DNA of 64,000 nucleotides from a bacterium (lineage in GTDB: Bacteria > Patescibacteriota > Patescibacteriia > UBA2591 > MWDC01): NCBI GenBank assembly GCA_021158435.1, contig JAGGUQ010000005.1:527-64526 (forward strand), read 5' to 3'. A program made the translations under genes and the position numbers. The notes beneath the pieces were generated by a model, which saw nothing but the letters and a program-made list of their open reading frames with translations, did not search any database and was not told where the DNA came from. Positions 30,333 to 40,956 of this stretch are shown one piece after another. How positions within the stretch are numbered: the stretch's first letter is position 1; every line of letters begins with the position of its first letter.

Positions 30333-32129
30333 TTACTCTTTTTTCTTTGCTGTTGCCTTAATTCTTTTTACACCTGCTCCTACTGACTCCTGTTTTACAA
30401 TCTTAAAATCTTCTATTTGCCCTGTCCTTTTCACATGAGGCCCAGCACAAATTTCCCTTGAAAAAGGATTTTTAGGATCCCCAATAGTATAAACTTTTAC
30501 TATTTTAGGATATCTTTCCTTAAAAAAAGCTAAAGCTCCTAATTTAATCGCCTCTTCATAAGTCATTTGCTCCTCAGTAACTGGCAGATCCTCTTTTATT
30601 TTTTCTTGAACTAATTTCTCTACTTTTTCTAATTCTTCTTGGGTTAATTTTCTTGGGAAAGTAAAATCAAACCTTAACCTTTCAATATTAATATCAGAAC
30701 CAGCCTGTCTTACTTCTTCTCCTAAAACTTTTCTTAAAGCAGCCTGAAGAAGATGAGTAGCTGTATGCAAATGGGCAACTTTTTCTCCCCAATATTTCAA
30801 TCCTTGAAACTTTTTTTCTGCTCCTTTTTTAGAAACACTCTGATGGCGAGAAAACTCTTTCTTAAAATCCTGATAAGATACTTTTAATCCCGCCTCTTTA
30901 GCCATTTGCTCAATTATCTCAAAAGGAATCCCATAAGTATCATAAAGATGAAAAACATCTTTAGAATCCATAAATTTTAATCCTTTATTTTTTGTCTTGT
31001 TTGCTACCTGCCAAAACTTCTTTAATCCTTGTTTTAAAGAAACACTAAACTTTTCCTCTTCATTTTCAAGAACAGTTAAAATATCTGCTTGATGGGAATG
31101 AAGCTCTGGATAAATATCTTTGTAATTATCAATAACTACTTTAGCTAAATCAAGAAGATTTTTCCCCTGCATTCCCAAAAGATTTGCATATCTTATTGAA
31201 CGTCTAATCAATCTACGCAGAACATACGACCTCTCCTCTTTCCCGGGCAAAACCCCATCAGCAATTAAAAATACGCTTGCCCTTATATGGTCAGCAATAA
31301 TTCTTTGATAATTCAAATTCGACTTTTTAGCAAATAACTTAATTTTATCCATTATAGGCAAAAAAAGATCTGTTTGGTAATCTGAAGAAAGATTATTAAG
31401 AATGCAAGTCAATCTTTCTAAACCAGCTCCAGTATCAATATTATGTTTTTTGAGCTTTTCTAATTTTCCTGATTCCAACTGGTTATATTCCATAAAAACT
31501 AAATTCCAAATCTCAACAAACCTCCCACACCCACAATTTGGGCCGCAAGTTTTTAAAGTATGAGGCCTAATTTCCCATTCTTTCCCCCGATCATAATATA
31601 TTTCTGAACAAGGCCCACAAGGACCAGATGAGGCAATTGGGCCCCAGAAATTCTCTTTTTTACCAAACCAAAAAATATGAGAATCTGGGATAGAATATTT
31701 TTTCCATAAGCGAGCAGCTTGTTCATCTCTTGGTATATCTTTTTCTCCTTTAAAAACAGTTATATATAACCTGTCCAAAGGAATAGAAAAAACTTTTCTT
31801 AACAACTCCAAGGCTAAAACAATTGCTCCTTCTTTGAAATAATCGCCAAAAGACCAATTCCCTAACATCTCAAAAAAGGTATGATGAAACTCGTCCCCTA
31901 CTCCCTCAATATCTGAAGTTCTAAAACATTTTTGAGCGCTAGCTGCCCTTTTAAAAGGAGGTACAGTATCACCCAAAAAATAAGGAATGAACTGCTGCAT
32001 ACCAGCAGAAGTAAAAAGAACTGTTGTATCCGCTGGAATTAAAGATGAACTTGGAACTATTTGATGCTTATTCTTCTCAAAAAAATTCAAAAATTTACTC
32101 CTGATTTCTCTTGAAGTAATTTTTTCCAT
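30333..32129 (-). CDS. alaS: alanine--tRNA ligase, short form (catalytic + tRNA-recognition + editing domains; no C-terminal DHHA1/C-Ala domain)
   Basis: 598 aa; class II AlaRS N-terminus FTSAGMQQFIPYF, editing-domain HTATHLL..H zinc motif near C-terminus; ends ~270 aa shorter than typical bacterial AlaRS. Confidence 0.85.
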   Translation of the reverse strand: MEKITSREIRSKFLNFFEKNKHQIVPSSSLIPADTTVLFTSAGMQQFIPYFLGDTVPPFKRAASAQKCFRTSDIEGVGDEFHHTFFEMLGNWSFGDYFKEGAIVLALELLRKVFSIPLDRLYITVFKGEKDIPRDEQAARLWKKYSIPDSHIFWFGKKENFWGPIASSGPCGPCSEIYYDRGKEWEIRPHTLKTCGPNCGCGRFVEIWNLVFMEYNQLESGKLEKLKKHNIDTGAGLERLTCILNNLSSDYQTDLFLPIMDKIKLFAKKSNLNYQRIIADHIRASVFLIADGVLPGKEERSYVLRRLIRRSIRYANLLGMQGKNLLDLAKVVIDNYKDIYPELHSHQADILTVLENEEEKFSVSLKQGLKKFWQVANKTKNKGLKFMDSKDVFHLYDTYGIPFEIIEQMAKEAGLKVSYQDFKKEFSRHQSVSKKGAEKKFQGLKYWGEKVAHLHTATHLLQAALRKVLGEEVRQAGSDINIERLRFDFTFPRKLTQEELEKVEKLVQEKIKEDLPVTEEQMTYEEAIKLGALAFFKERYPKIVKVYTIGDPKNPFSREICAGPHVKRTGQIEDFKIVKQESVGAGVKRIKATAKKKE

Positions 32130-33168
32130 TTGACTTTAAAAAATAACTGAAAGCCAAAGATATGACCTTTTTAAAATAAGGAAGTAAGAAAATAAGACCA
32201 AAAATTACTGAAATAAAATCAAAAAATCGACAAATTAAACTAAAACTCAAACCTAGCCGAGCAGGAACCCCAATACTACTAAAACCTAAACTATAAGCTC
32301 CTTCATAAAAACCAATACTTGCCGGAACAGGGAAAAACCCTCCTAAAGTGGCAACTATTCTTGCTACTAGACTATGAAACAAAGAAACTCCCTTGCCAAC
32401 AAAACCAAGAAAAAATTGAGCCTGAATACCTAAAACCAAAAAGTAAATCACTTCAAGAAAAATACAAGTCCAGAAATCAGATTTTTTGCTTTTATGAAAA
32501 AAATCAATTGAAGCGCTACCAATTGACTTTATCCTTTGTTTAACATTATTCTGATTATTTTGGACAAAGGACATTTTTGAAATCCAATAAAATAATAAAG
32601 ACAGCTTTTTTTTCTTTAAAAGCAAATAAAAAGCAAAACCCATTAAAAGGCTAACCAGCAAACAAAGTCCAGCCCAAATAAAACTCTTTTTTATAAGAAA
32701 AAATAAAGAACAAACAAAAAGAAGCACCCCTAAAGCAATGCCTTCTACTATCCTGTCAATAATAATAGAAGCTAATCCATAACTAAAAGGTATTCTTAAT
32801 TCTTCTTTTAAAAGAAACGGTCTAACAACTTCTCCTCCGTAATTTGTCCCTGGCGTTATATAAGAAACAGCAAGGCAAGATAGCCTTATTTTCATTAAAG
32901 AAATAACTGAAATATTTTTTTTGCTTTTGTCTAAACTCTCTAAAACTAATCTCCAACGAAGAGCAAAAATAAAGATGTTAAATAAAGCTAAAAACCCAAG
33001 CAAAATTATCCTATACGTCCCAATAGATAAAATATAAGAAACCGTTTCCTCTATACCTAAACGGAAGTATATCCAAACAACAATTAATACGCCAATGAAT
33101 GTCAAAAAAGAAAAATAGAAAAAAGATAATATTTTTTCCCGAATTAATTTGCTACTAGAATCATCCAT
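32095..33168 (-). CDS. integral membrane protein, flippase-like / lysylphosphatidylglycerol-synthase-TM-domain (UPF0104) family
   Basis: 357 aa, ~8 TM helices; topology consistent with UPF0104 flippase-like family. Confidence 0.4.
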   Translation of the reverse strand: MDDSSSKLIREKILSFFYFSFLTFIGVLIVVWIYFRLGIEETVSYILSIGTYRIILLGFLALFNIFIFALRWRLVLESLDKSKKNISVISLMKIRLSCLAVSYITPGTNYGGEVVRPFLLKEELRIPFSYGLASIIIDRIVEGIALGVLLFVCSLFFLIKKSFIWAGLCLLVSLLMGFAFYLLLKKKKLSLLFYWISKMSFVQNNQNNVKQRIKSIGSASIDFFHKSKKSDFWTCIFLEVIYFLVLGIQAQFFLGFVGKGVSLFHSLVARIVATLGGFFPVPASIGFYEGAYSLGFSSIGVPARLGLSFSLICRFFDFISVIFGLIFLLPYFKKVISLAFSYFLKSNGKNYFKRNQE

Positions 33169-33182
33169 ATATAACTAATAAT

Positions 33183-34658
33183 TTAACTATTCTTTTTTTC
33201 TCCACTTGATAAATCAGAGGAACCTTTTTTTCTCCTATATTCTTTAAGACACTTTTTACAAAGCACTGGCCTAACTCCATCTGGGATAAAAGGAACTAAA
33301 ACTTTTGCCCCGCAAGAATCACATTTAGCTTCATAACGAGCAGAAGTTTTTGGAACAGGTGTTTTGCTTTCCTCCTGCTTTGTACTCCAAATATATATTT
33401 TCCTTTCAACTTCCTCTCTTTTCGAAGCATACCTTTCCCGAGAAACCCGAATAATCTTTTCAATATTACCTTCTGGTTTGGACAAAGGTGGTAAACCTAT
33501 AGCTGAAAAAGGATCTGAAGTTACTCCATCAACCATAAGTTTAACATACATTTCAAACTGATCTAAATTAACCATATCCTCAGGGGTAAAGAATGGATAA
33601 AACTCCTTGCTTAAAAATTCTGCATCTTCTGGCCCAACCCTAAAACAAACTATTGTTCCAACATTGCCTAAAATAGCTGATCTTACCTTAGTATCTAATT
33701 GATCAATATATTGATGGGCTAAAATTAAACCTAAATGATATTTCCTTGCTTCAGAAAGAATATTAACAAAAGCCTCTGTAGCAAAGTTTTGGAACTCATC
33801 AACATAAAGGTAAAAATCTTTCCTTTGATTCTCTGGCAAATCAATTCTACTCATTGCTGCTAACTGAATTTTAGTAATCATCATAGCTCCAATTAAAGCT
33901 GAGGCATCTTCTCCTATTCTACCTTTAGATAAATTTAAAATAAGAATTTTCTCTTCATCCATTATCTCTCTTAACCTAATTTTAGACTTAACCTGGCCAA
34001 TAATATTCCTAATTAGAGAAGTAGACAAAAACTGCCCAACCTTATTCTGGATAGGAGAAATTGCCTCAACCTGGAATCTATCTGGATAACGAGAAAATTC
34101 ATCTACCCAAAAAGATCTAACAACAGGATCAGTCAAATGAGTAACTACCCTTTTTCTAAAATCTTTGTCAGAAAGAATTCTCATAATACCCAATAAAGTA
34201 CTCCCTGGATATTCTAAAAGGGCTAAAATAGCATTACGCAAAACATATTCTAATCTTGGGCCCCAAGAATCTGCCCATAACTTTTTAAAAACAGCTATTA
34301 ATCCTGAAGCCACTAAATGCCTTTGAGAAGGATCAACATGCTCTAAAACATTAAAAGCAATGGGATAGTCTATATCAGCTGGGTTAAAATAAATTGTATC
34401 ATTAACCCTATAAGAAGGAATAAAATTTAAAACTTTCTCAGCTAAATCCCCATGCGGATCAATAACAGCCAAACCTCTCCCTGCTTTAACATCCTGATAA
34501 ATCATATTTTCTAACATTGTACTCTTTCCTGTCCCTGTTTTCCCAACCAAATACATATGGTGCCGACGATCTGGAGTTTTTATTCCAAAACGCCGATGAG
34601 TGTTTCGGTAGTTAATTTGACCAAAATAAACTACATCTTTTTGAGAGTCTTCATTCAT
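33183..34658 (-). CDS. soluble TraD/TrwB/VirD4-like (type IV coupling-protein family, DUF87-like) P-loop ATPase with C-terminal zinc ribbon
   Basis: 491 aa; MYLVGKTGTGKST..AVIDPHGDL (cf. TrwB GATGTGKS..DPNGDM), Walker B LYVDEFQNF, ILAHQ; C-terminal CDSCG..x17..CKKC; no N-terminal TM segment. Confidence 0.5.
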   Translation of the reverse strand: MNEDSQKDVVYFGQINYRNTHRRFGIKTPDRRHHMYLVGKTGTGKSTMLENMIYQDVKAGRGLAVIDPHGDLAEKVLNFIPSYRVNDTIYFNPADIDYPIAFNVLEHVDPSQRHLVASGLIAVFKKLWADSWGPRLEYVLRNAILALLEYPGSTLLGIMRILSDKDFRKRVVTHLTDPVVRSFWVDEFSRYPDRFQVEAISPIQNKVGQFLSTSLIRNIIGQVKSKIRLREIMDEEKILILNLSKGRIGEDASALIGAMMITKIQLAAMSRIDLPENQRKDFYLYVDEFQNFATEAFVNILSEARKYHLGLILAHQYIDQLDTKVRSAILGNVGTIVCFRVGPEDAEFLSKEFYPFFTPEDMVNLDQFEMYVKLMVDGVTSDPFSAIGLPPLSKPEGNIEKIIRVSRERYASKREEVERKIYIWSTKQEESKTPVPKTSARYEAKCDSCGAKVLVPFIPDGVRPVLCKKCLKEYRRKKGSSDLSSGEKKNS

Positions 34659-34704
34659 AATACTTTAATTATCTCAAAAAAAAGCCTTTTGTAAAGAAAA
34701 TTCC

Positions 34705-35808
34705 TTAAGACATTTTCCCTTCCTTTCCTCGATTTTTTAAAAAACAAAACTCCATTAAAAAATCAAAAAGCAAAACAAGACTTATTAGTAAAACAATCAA
34801 AATCAACTTAACTTTTGTTCTAAAAAACAAAGCAATCCCTCCCCATAAAGCACTAATTATCCAAAGAAAAAATACTGCTCCTTTGTGAGAAAACCCCAAT
34901 TTTAACAAACGGAAATGAAAATGTTCTTGTCCAGCAAGAAAAGGAGACTTATGTTCTTTAAAAATTCTATACAAAATGACCCAAATTACATCTAGAATTG
35001 CCACTCCTAAAACTAAAAAGCTTATCGCAACTTTGCTTCCAGAAATAAGAGAAAGGCACCCTAAATAAAAACCAACCATTAAACTCCCCCCTTCTCCCAA
35101 GAAAATCTTAGCTGGGTGAAAATTAAAAATAAGGAACCCAGCTAAACTCCCGGCAAAAATCAAAGCAAGCAAGCCTACATCCGGCTGATAAAATTGCGTA
35201 AATAAACAAAGACCAAAAATCACTAAACAAGCAATTATTCCCATCCCAGAAACCAAACCATCCAATCCATCGAGTAATTTAGTTGAATAAGACAAAACCA
35301 ATAACCAAATAAAAGTAAAAATGTCTGCCCAAGGAGTAAAATAATAAGGCAGACCATGAAAACGAAAAACCTCTATTTTTAAACTGTCAAAATGAATATA
35401 GCCTTGAGAAAAAGGATTGTTAATATAATTAATGCCAAGACCGCTACCAATAACAACTAATGAGGCTAAAATCGGCCAAATTATTTGCTGCTTAGGCTTT
35501 AAATGGAAACAATCATCTAAAAATCCGCCAATAACAAGAATTAATCCAGAAATACTTAGCCCGATTAAGTTCTTTAATTGAATATTTTTGCTTGGCAAAT
35601 AGCCAAAAAGATAAGAAAAAAATATTGTTAAAATAAAAGAAAGGAAAACTGCTGTCCCTCCTAATAAAGGAGTTGGTTTTTTATGTATTTTCCGAGAATC
35701 TGAGTTTGGATAATCTAAAATATTGTACCTAAAAGCAATCCTTTTTACTATTAAAGTAAAAACTATTGATAAAATAAAACTTAAAATTAAAAAAAGGAAT
35801 AAATACAT
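34705..35808 (-). CDS. glycosyltransferase family 4 (MraY/WecA-like; candidate phospho-MurNAc-pentapeptide transferase)
   Basis: 367 aa, ~10 TM; KKPTPLLGG, TKLLDGLDGLVSG, FLGEGGSLMVGF motifs. Confidence 0.55.
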   Translation of the reverse strand: MYLFLFLILSFILSIVFTLIVKRIAFRYNILDYPNSDSRKIHKKPTPLLGGTAVFLSFILTIFFSYLFGYLPSKNIQLKNLIGLSISGLILVIGGFLDDCFHLKPKQQIIWPILASLVVIGSGLGINYINNPFSQGYIHFDSLKIEVFRFHGLPYYFTPWADIFTFIWLLVLSYSTKLLDGLDGLVSGMGIIACLVIFGLCLFTQFYQPDVGLLALIFAGSLAGFLIFNFHPAKIFLGEGGSLMVGFYLGCLSLISGSKVAISFLVLGVAILDVIWVILYRIFKEHKSPFLAGQEHFHFRLLKLGFSHKGAVFFLWIISALWGGIALFFRTKVKLILIVLLISLVLLFDFLMEFCFLKNRGKEGKMS

Positions 35809-36206
35809 TATAAATGCTTATTTAAAAATTTCCTTTTTTCAAGCCATCTTTGCAAAATCAAGGCAGCAGAACTATCATGAGAAATTTTTTCTCCTTTTTG
35901 CAAAATAGATTTTGTTGTCAAACGCTCATCAAAAGTTTCAACAGGAATATCAATACTCTCTTTTAACAAATTAACAAAACTTTCTGTTTTTCTTGTTTGT
36001 TCAGTAAAATTTGCGCTTAATCCATAGGGCAATCCAACAATTACTTTATTAACCCCTTGCTCCTGAATAATTTTTAAAATTTGAGATACTAAACTCTTTT
36101 TACCCTTATTCTCTACCACTTTATAAGGAAAAGCAATATTAAGGGGCTCTTCAGCTAAAGATAAACCAACATATTTGTCTCCAAAATCAATCCCTAAAAA
36201 CTTCAT
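35808..36206 (-). CDS. ruvX: Holliday junction resolvase-like RuvX (YqgF)
   Basis: 132 aa; MKFLGIDFGDKYVGLSLAE RNase H-like N-terminus. Confidence 0.85.
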   Translation of the reverse strand: MKFLGIDFGDKYVGLSLAEEPLNIAFPYKVVENKGKKSLVSQILKIIQEQGVNKVIVGLPYGLSANFTEQTRKTESFVNLLKESIDIPVETFDERLTTKSILQKGEKISHDSSAALILQRWLEKRKFLNKHL

Positions 36207-36985
36207 AAATCCTCTAAAGAAGTTAAAATTTCAAAACCACTTTCTGTAACTAAAATAGTATGCTCAAAATGAGATGATAAACACCCATTAGCTGTAACAA
36301 TTGTCCACCCATCATCTTTTAATACTTCTATCTCCTCTGTAGAAGTGCTAATTATTGGCTCAATTGCCAGACACATTCCTTTCAAAAGTTTAGGGCCTGT
36401 TTTGGGTTTGCCATAATTAAAAATAACTGGTGGTTCGTGAAGTTTCTTCCCAATACCATGACCAGTTAAATCCTTTAAAACAAAAAATCCATTTTTTTCA
36501 ACCCAACTTTCAATAGCAGAAGACACATCTCCCAAAAAAGCACCTGGTTTAATTTTGCTAATACCACGATAAAGCGCTTGTTGATTTACTTTGATTAAAC
36601 GTAAAGCCTCTTCAGAAATTTTTCCTACAGGAACAGTTATCGCCATATCAGAAAAATAACCTTTAAAATTTACACCAGCATCTATACTTAAAATATCCCC
36701 TTGTTTAAGCTTTCTTAAACTTGGGAAAGCATGAACTGCTTGTTCATTTAAACTAGTGCAGAGAATAAAAGGATATGGTTCAGCACCCTTATCTTCTGAA
36801 GGAAAACCCTTAAAAGCTGGTTTAGCTTTTGCTTTCTCTAAATACTCTTCAGCTATTTTCTCTAAATCTAAAGTAGTTATACCTGGTTTTACTTCTTTTA
36901 TTAATTTACTAATAAGTCCAGCCAAAATCTTCCCACTCTGCCGCATTAGCTCTATTTCCTGAACAGTCTTTATTGGAATGCGCAT
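36203..36985 (-). CDS. map: methionine aminopeptidase type I
   Basis: 260 aa; pita-bread fold metal ligands (D, D, H, E, E context), ILCTSLNEQAVHAFP. Confidence 0.9.
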   Translation of the reverse strand: MRIPIKTVQEIELMRQSGKILAGLISKLIKEVKPGITTLDLEKIAEEYLEKAKAKPAFKGFPSEDKGAEPYPFILCTSLNEQAVHAFPSLRKLKQGDILSIDAGVNFKGYFSDMAITVPVGKISEEALRLIKVNQQALYRGISKIKPGAFLGDVSSAIESWVEKNGFFVLKDLTGHGIGKKLHEPPVIFNYGKPKTGPKLLKGMCLAIEPIISTSTEEIEVLKDDGWTIVTANGCLSSHFEHTILVTESGFEILTSLEDL

Positions 36986-37036
36986 TCTATTTTATTAATA
37001 TTAATTATAACTATAAAAACTCTTCCTTGTAAGCTT

Positions 37037-37720
37037 TTAACCTATCTTCTGCTTCAAATTTTTTTTAATTTCTTTAAACACAGCTTCTGGTGGCTGATTG
37101 CCATTTATTTTTATGATTTTGCCTGTGCCTTTATAATAATCTAAAACTGGTTCTGTTTGCTTCTTATAAACCTGAAATCTTTTTCTAATCACCTCAGGTT
37201 TATCATCGCTTCTTCTAATTATTTTACCATGACACAAAGGACAAATCTTGCTTCCCTTAGGAATGGTTACTCCATTAATAAAAATAGACTCGCACTTCTC
37301 GCACATTCTTCTCTTCCTTAAACGACTAACTGCTTCTTTTAAGGGAAGAGATATATAAACTAAATAAAAATCATCAAAAGAACGTTTATTAGCTTTCAAA
37401 ATTTTTTCTAAAACTTTAACTTGTTTTTTTGTTCTCGGAAAGCCATCAAAAATAAGAGGTTGCCCTTTTTTTATTTTTTTCACCTCTTTAGTTAAAACAT
37501 TCTCAATAATATCAACTGGTACTATTTTCCCTTTTTCAACATATGATTTTATCTTTCTACCTAAAGCACTTCTTGTTTTAGACAAATCTCTTAAACAATC
37601 TCCAACTTCTATAACTTTAAAACCCATTGCTTTAGCTAACATCCTTGTCTGAGTCCCTTTTCCTGAACCAGGAGGACCAATAAAACATAGGGTAATATTT
37701 CTATTTCCCTTCATATTCAT
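37037..37720 (-). CDS. adk: adenylate kinase (zinc-lid type)
   Basis: 227 aa; [11 protein letters not shown]-loop; lid [22 protein letters not shown]. Confidence 0.9.
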   Translation of the reverse strand: MNMKGNRNITLCFIGPPGSGKGTQTRMLAKAMGFKVIEVGDCLRDLSKTRSALGRKIKSYVEKGKIVPVDIIENVLTKEVKKIKKGQPLIFDGFPRTKKQVKVLEKILKANKRSFDDFYLVYISLPLKEAVSRLRKRRMCEKCESIFINGVTIPKGSKICPLCHGKIIRRSDDKPEVIRKRFQVYKKQTEPVLDYYKGTGKIIKINGNQPPEAVFKEIKKNLKQKIG

Positions 37721-38975
37721 AAACAGATATTTGAGCTTTTAATTGATTAACTGTTTCCAAAATAACACTTACTACAATTAGAACAGCCGCACCTCCAACA
37801 GTAAAGGTCGTCACTTTAAAAACACCTCGAGTAATTACTGGCAAAACAGCAATAATACCTAATCCTAAAGCTCCAAAAAACAAAATCCTTTGGGTAGTAA
37901 AAGATAGATATTCAGTTGTTGGTTTCCCTGGACGAATTCCAGGTATAAAAGCTCCTGAACGTTGAAGATTTTCTGAAATTTGATCTGGATGGAAAATAAC
38001 GCTTGTATAAAAATAGGTAAAAGCAAAAACTAGAGCAAAATAAATTATTCCATAAATAACTTGATTTTGAAATAAACTAATTAAAACATTGCCCAAATTT
38101 GAAACCCAAGATACAGAACTTCTCACCAAAAATTGGCCAATTAAACTAGGGAATAAAACTAAAGCCATGGCAAAAATAATTGGAATCATCCCTACAGGAT
38201 TTACTCGCAAAGGCAAATAAGTATCCATACCCCCATACATCTTATTTCCTCTTATTCGCCGAGCATAAGAAACAGGGATATGACGCTGCCCTTCACTCAA
38301 ATAAACAACAGCAACAATAGTTAAAACTGCTAAAATAACAAAAATTATATAATTTGTAATTTGGCTGGGTTCAAAAGTCACAATCATCCTCTGTAAAGAC
38401 AAAGGAATTCTTTCTAAAATCCCTGCTAAGATTAGTAAGGAAATGCCATTGCCAATATGCTTTTCAGTAATTAATTCTCCTATCCAAACCAAAAACATTG
38501 TCCCAGCAGCCATAGTTACAATTGCTGTTATTAATTTTATTCCTGTTAAACCGCTAATTAATCCCATCTGGCTTCTCGAAAGCAAGGTAATCATTGCATA
38601 AGACTGAAGCATAGCCAAAGGTATAGTAGCTAAATTGGTATATTGATTGATTTTTTCTCTTCCTCGAGAACCCTGCTTAGCTAGCTCTTCTAAAGAAGGA
38701 ATTACCATTGTTAAAAGCTGAATAATAATTGAAGCAGTAATATAAGGAGCAAGGCCTAAAGCAACTATAGAAAAACTTGCCATTGCTCCCCCAGAAAGCA
38801 AATTTAGCATTCCTAAAAGCTGATTATTAGAAAAGAAATCCTCTAATGCTTTTAAATCTATCCCTGGTAAAGGAATGTGGGCAGCAAATCTAAAAACACA
38901 AAGCATTGCTAAAACAAAAAGGATCCTTTTTCTCAAATTTTTTATTCGAAAAGCCTGAGCAAAAACTTCAAACAT
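37701..38975 (-). CDS. secY: preprotein translocase subunit SecY
   Basis: 424 aa, 10 TM; conserved SecY blocks; position after rplO. Confidence 0.9.
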   Translation of the reverse strand: MFEVFAQAFRIKNLRKRILFVLAMLCVFRFAAHIPLPGIDLKALEDFFSNNQLLGMLNLLSGGAMASFSIVALGLAPYITASIIIQLLTMVIPSLEELAKQGSRGREKINQYTNLATIPLAMLQSYAMITLLSRSQMGLISGLTGIKLITAIVTMAAGTMFLVWIGELITEKHIGNGISLLILAGILERIPLSLQRMIVTFEPSQITNYIIFVILAVLTIVAVVYLSEGQRHIPVSYARRIRGNKMYGGMDTYLPLRVNPVGMIPIIFAMALVLFPSLIGQFLVRSSVSWVSNLGNVLISLFQNQVIYGIIYFALVFAFTYFYTSVIFHPDQISENLQRSGAFIPGIRPGKPTTEYLSFTTQRILFFGALGLGIIAVLPVITRGVFKVTTFTVGGAAVLIVVSVILETVNQLKAQISVYEYEGK

Positions 38976-38996
38976 AATTATAAATTTAATAAAACT

Positions 38997-39461
38997 TTAC
39001 TTAGAAAGAATTATTGCCTTCCCTCCGCTTTTGGCAATTTCTTCTTTTGCTTTATTGGAAAAAAAGTGAGCGCTTATTTCCAATCCTTTTGACAGCTTCC
39101 CTCTAGCTAAAACTTTAACTAAAGAATTTTCATTCTTAATTAACTTATCTCTAAAAAGAACTTCAGGATTAATTTTTTCCCCTTGTTTATACTTTTTGTC
39201 TAAAACATCCAAATTTACTATTTCTATATCCCTCTTATTTTTTCTTAAAATAAAATTACCAGCGCCTCTTACTTTTGGCAACTGAGCAATTAAAGGTTTT
39301 AACCCTCTTACTTTCAAACCCTTTTTCCCACCAGAACGAGATCTTTGCCCTTTTATCCCTCGGGTAGAATAATTACCTTTTCCACTAGCATTGCCTCTAC
39401 CTACCCTTTTTGGTTTTTTTCTAGATTTTTGTTTAGATAAATTGTCTAAACTAAGAGCCAT
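38997..39461 (-). CDS. rplO: 50S ribosomal protein L15
   Basis: 154 aa; KRVGRGNASGKG..GIKGQRSRSG. Confidence 0.9.
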   Translation of the reverse strand: MALSLDNLSKQKSRKKPKRVGRGNASGKGNYSTRGIKGQRSRSGGKKGLKVRGLKPLIAQLPKVRGAGNFILRKNKRDIEIVNLDVLDKKYKQGEKINPEVLFRDKLIKNENSLVKVLARGKLSKGLEISAHFFSNKAKEEIAKSGGKAIILSK

Positions 39462-39475
39462 CCTACAGTTAATTA

Positions 39476-39976
39476 TTATTTATCATTATTAGAAGATTTT
39501 AAGTCCCTTTTTCTTATTTTACGAAAAGCCAAAAGAACAGCCTTTAAATTATTAATCTTGCTTTTTGACCCTAATATCTTTGCTGTCACATTCCTGTATC
39601 CTGCTAGCTCAAAAAGAGCTCTAATTGAACCTCCTACAACAAGCCCTGATCCTTCTGGTGCTGGCCTTATTCTAACTTTACTAGCTTTAAATTTAGCTTC
39701 CAAGAAATGAGGCACACTACCCTGTTCATTAATTGGTACAGTAATTAAATTCTTTTTTGCCTTATTAACAGCTTTACTAATCGCAGTTGAAACATCCGGA
39801 TTTTTCCCTATTCCCATACCAACTCTGCCTTTTTTATCACCAATAACTACTGTTGCTCGAAAGGAAAGTCTTCTTCCACCCGCAACAGTCCTAGTTACTC
39901 TTCTAACTTCTATTAATTGTTCTTCAAATTCTTTGTCCTGTGATTTTGTATTTTTTTCTGTTCCTTTTTTCCTCAT
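39476..39976 (-). CDS. rpsE: 30S ribosomal protein S5
   Basis: 166 aa; RRLSFRATVVIGDKKGRVGMGIGKN. Confidence 0.9.
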   Translation of the reverse strand: MRKKGTEKNTKSQDKEFEEQLIEVRRVTRTVAGGRRLSFRATVVIGDKKGRVGMGIGKNPDVSTAISKAVNKAKKNLITVPINEQGSVPHFLEAKFKASKVRIRPAPEGSGLVVGGSIRALFELAGYRNVTAKILGSKSKINNLKAVLLAFRKIRKRDLKSSNNDK

Positions 39977-39981
39977 AGTTT

Positions 39982-40371
39982 TTAAAAAATCAAACCATTT
40001 TTCCGGGCACCTTCGGCTAAAGCTTTAACCCGGCCATGATATTTATAAAAACCTCTATCAAAAACTACTTTTGTAATATTTTTTTCTTTTGCCTTTTTAG
40101 CAATAAGCTCCCCTACTTTAAATGCTAAGTCAGTTTTATTTATTGATTCGGCTTTTTTGCTCTTTTCTTTTGAAGAAATTTCAATATCACTAGCTGATGC
40201 CAAAACATGACCTGAAGACAAATCAATTAATTGAGCATAAATATGACGATTAGAACGAAAAACTGAAAGACGGGGATACTTTAATCCTGAAATTTTTTTT
40301 ATCTTTGTTCTAACTCTTTTTGCTTTCAATTTTCTTTTGGCCCACTTTTCCTTGTTAAAATCTTTTGCCAT
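39982..40371 (-). CDS. rplR: 50S ribosomal protein L18
   Basis: 129 aa; [18 protein letters not shown]. Confidence 0.9.
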   Translation of the reverse strand: MAKDFNKEKWAKRKLKAKRVRTKIKKISGLKYPRLSVFRSNRHIYAQLIDLSSGHVLASASDIEISSKEKSKKAESINKTDLAFKVGELIAKKAKEKNITKVVFDRGFYKYHGRVKALAEGARKNGLIF

Positions 40372-40381
40372 AGTTTAGTTA

Positions 40382-40942
40382 TTATTTAGCTGCAGTTGTA
40401 GCTTTTTTACCGACTTTAGTTTTTATTTCTTCGCCAACATATCTTATTCCTGTACCCTTATACGGTTCAGGAGGTCTAAACCTTCTTATTTGAGCTGCAG
40501 TTTCCCCAACCAACTCTTTTGACGCTCCTTGAATCTTAACTACATTCTTTTCTACAGAAATTTTAATTCCTTGCGGAATTTCGTATTCTACTGGGTGAGA
40601 AAACCCCAACTGAAGAACTAACTTATCTCCTTGTAATTCAGCTCGATAACCAACACCAACCAGCTCTAATGACTTCTCAAAGCCTTGTTTCACCCCAATA
40701 ATCATATTATTTAATACCCTAACCATTGTCCCTAAAATAGCTCTTTGTTTCTTGTTTTGAATATTTCTTACCCTCAAGGTAATAGAATTCCCCTTTTGAT
40801 TAACAATCAAACAATGAGGCAAAGCTCTTTCTAAAGAACCAAGAGGGCCTGAAACTTTTAATAGCCTTTGCCCTTGGTCTTGTTCTATTTTTACCTCAAC
40901 ATCATCTGGGACAATTAAAGGTTTTTTAGCTAATCGTGACAT
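40382..40942 (-). CDS. rplF: 50S ribosomal protein L6
   Basis: 186 aa; tandem L6 domains. Confidence 0.9.
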   Translation of the reverse strand: MSRLAKKPLIVPDDVEVKIEQDQGQRLLKVSGPLGSLERALPHCLIVNQKGNSITLRVRNIQNKKQRAILGTMVRVLNNMIIGVKQGFEKSLELVGVGYRAELQGDKLVLQLGFSHPVEYEIPQGIKISVEKNVVKIQGASKELVGETAAQIRRFRPPEPYKGTGIRYVGEEIKTKVGKKATTAAK

Positions 40943-40956
40943 ATATTAAACAAACT

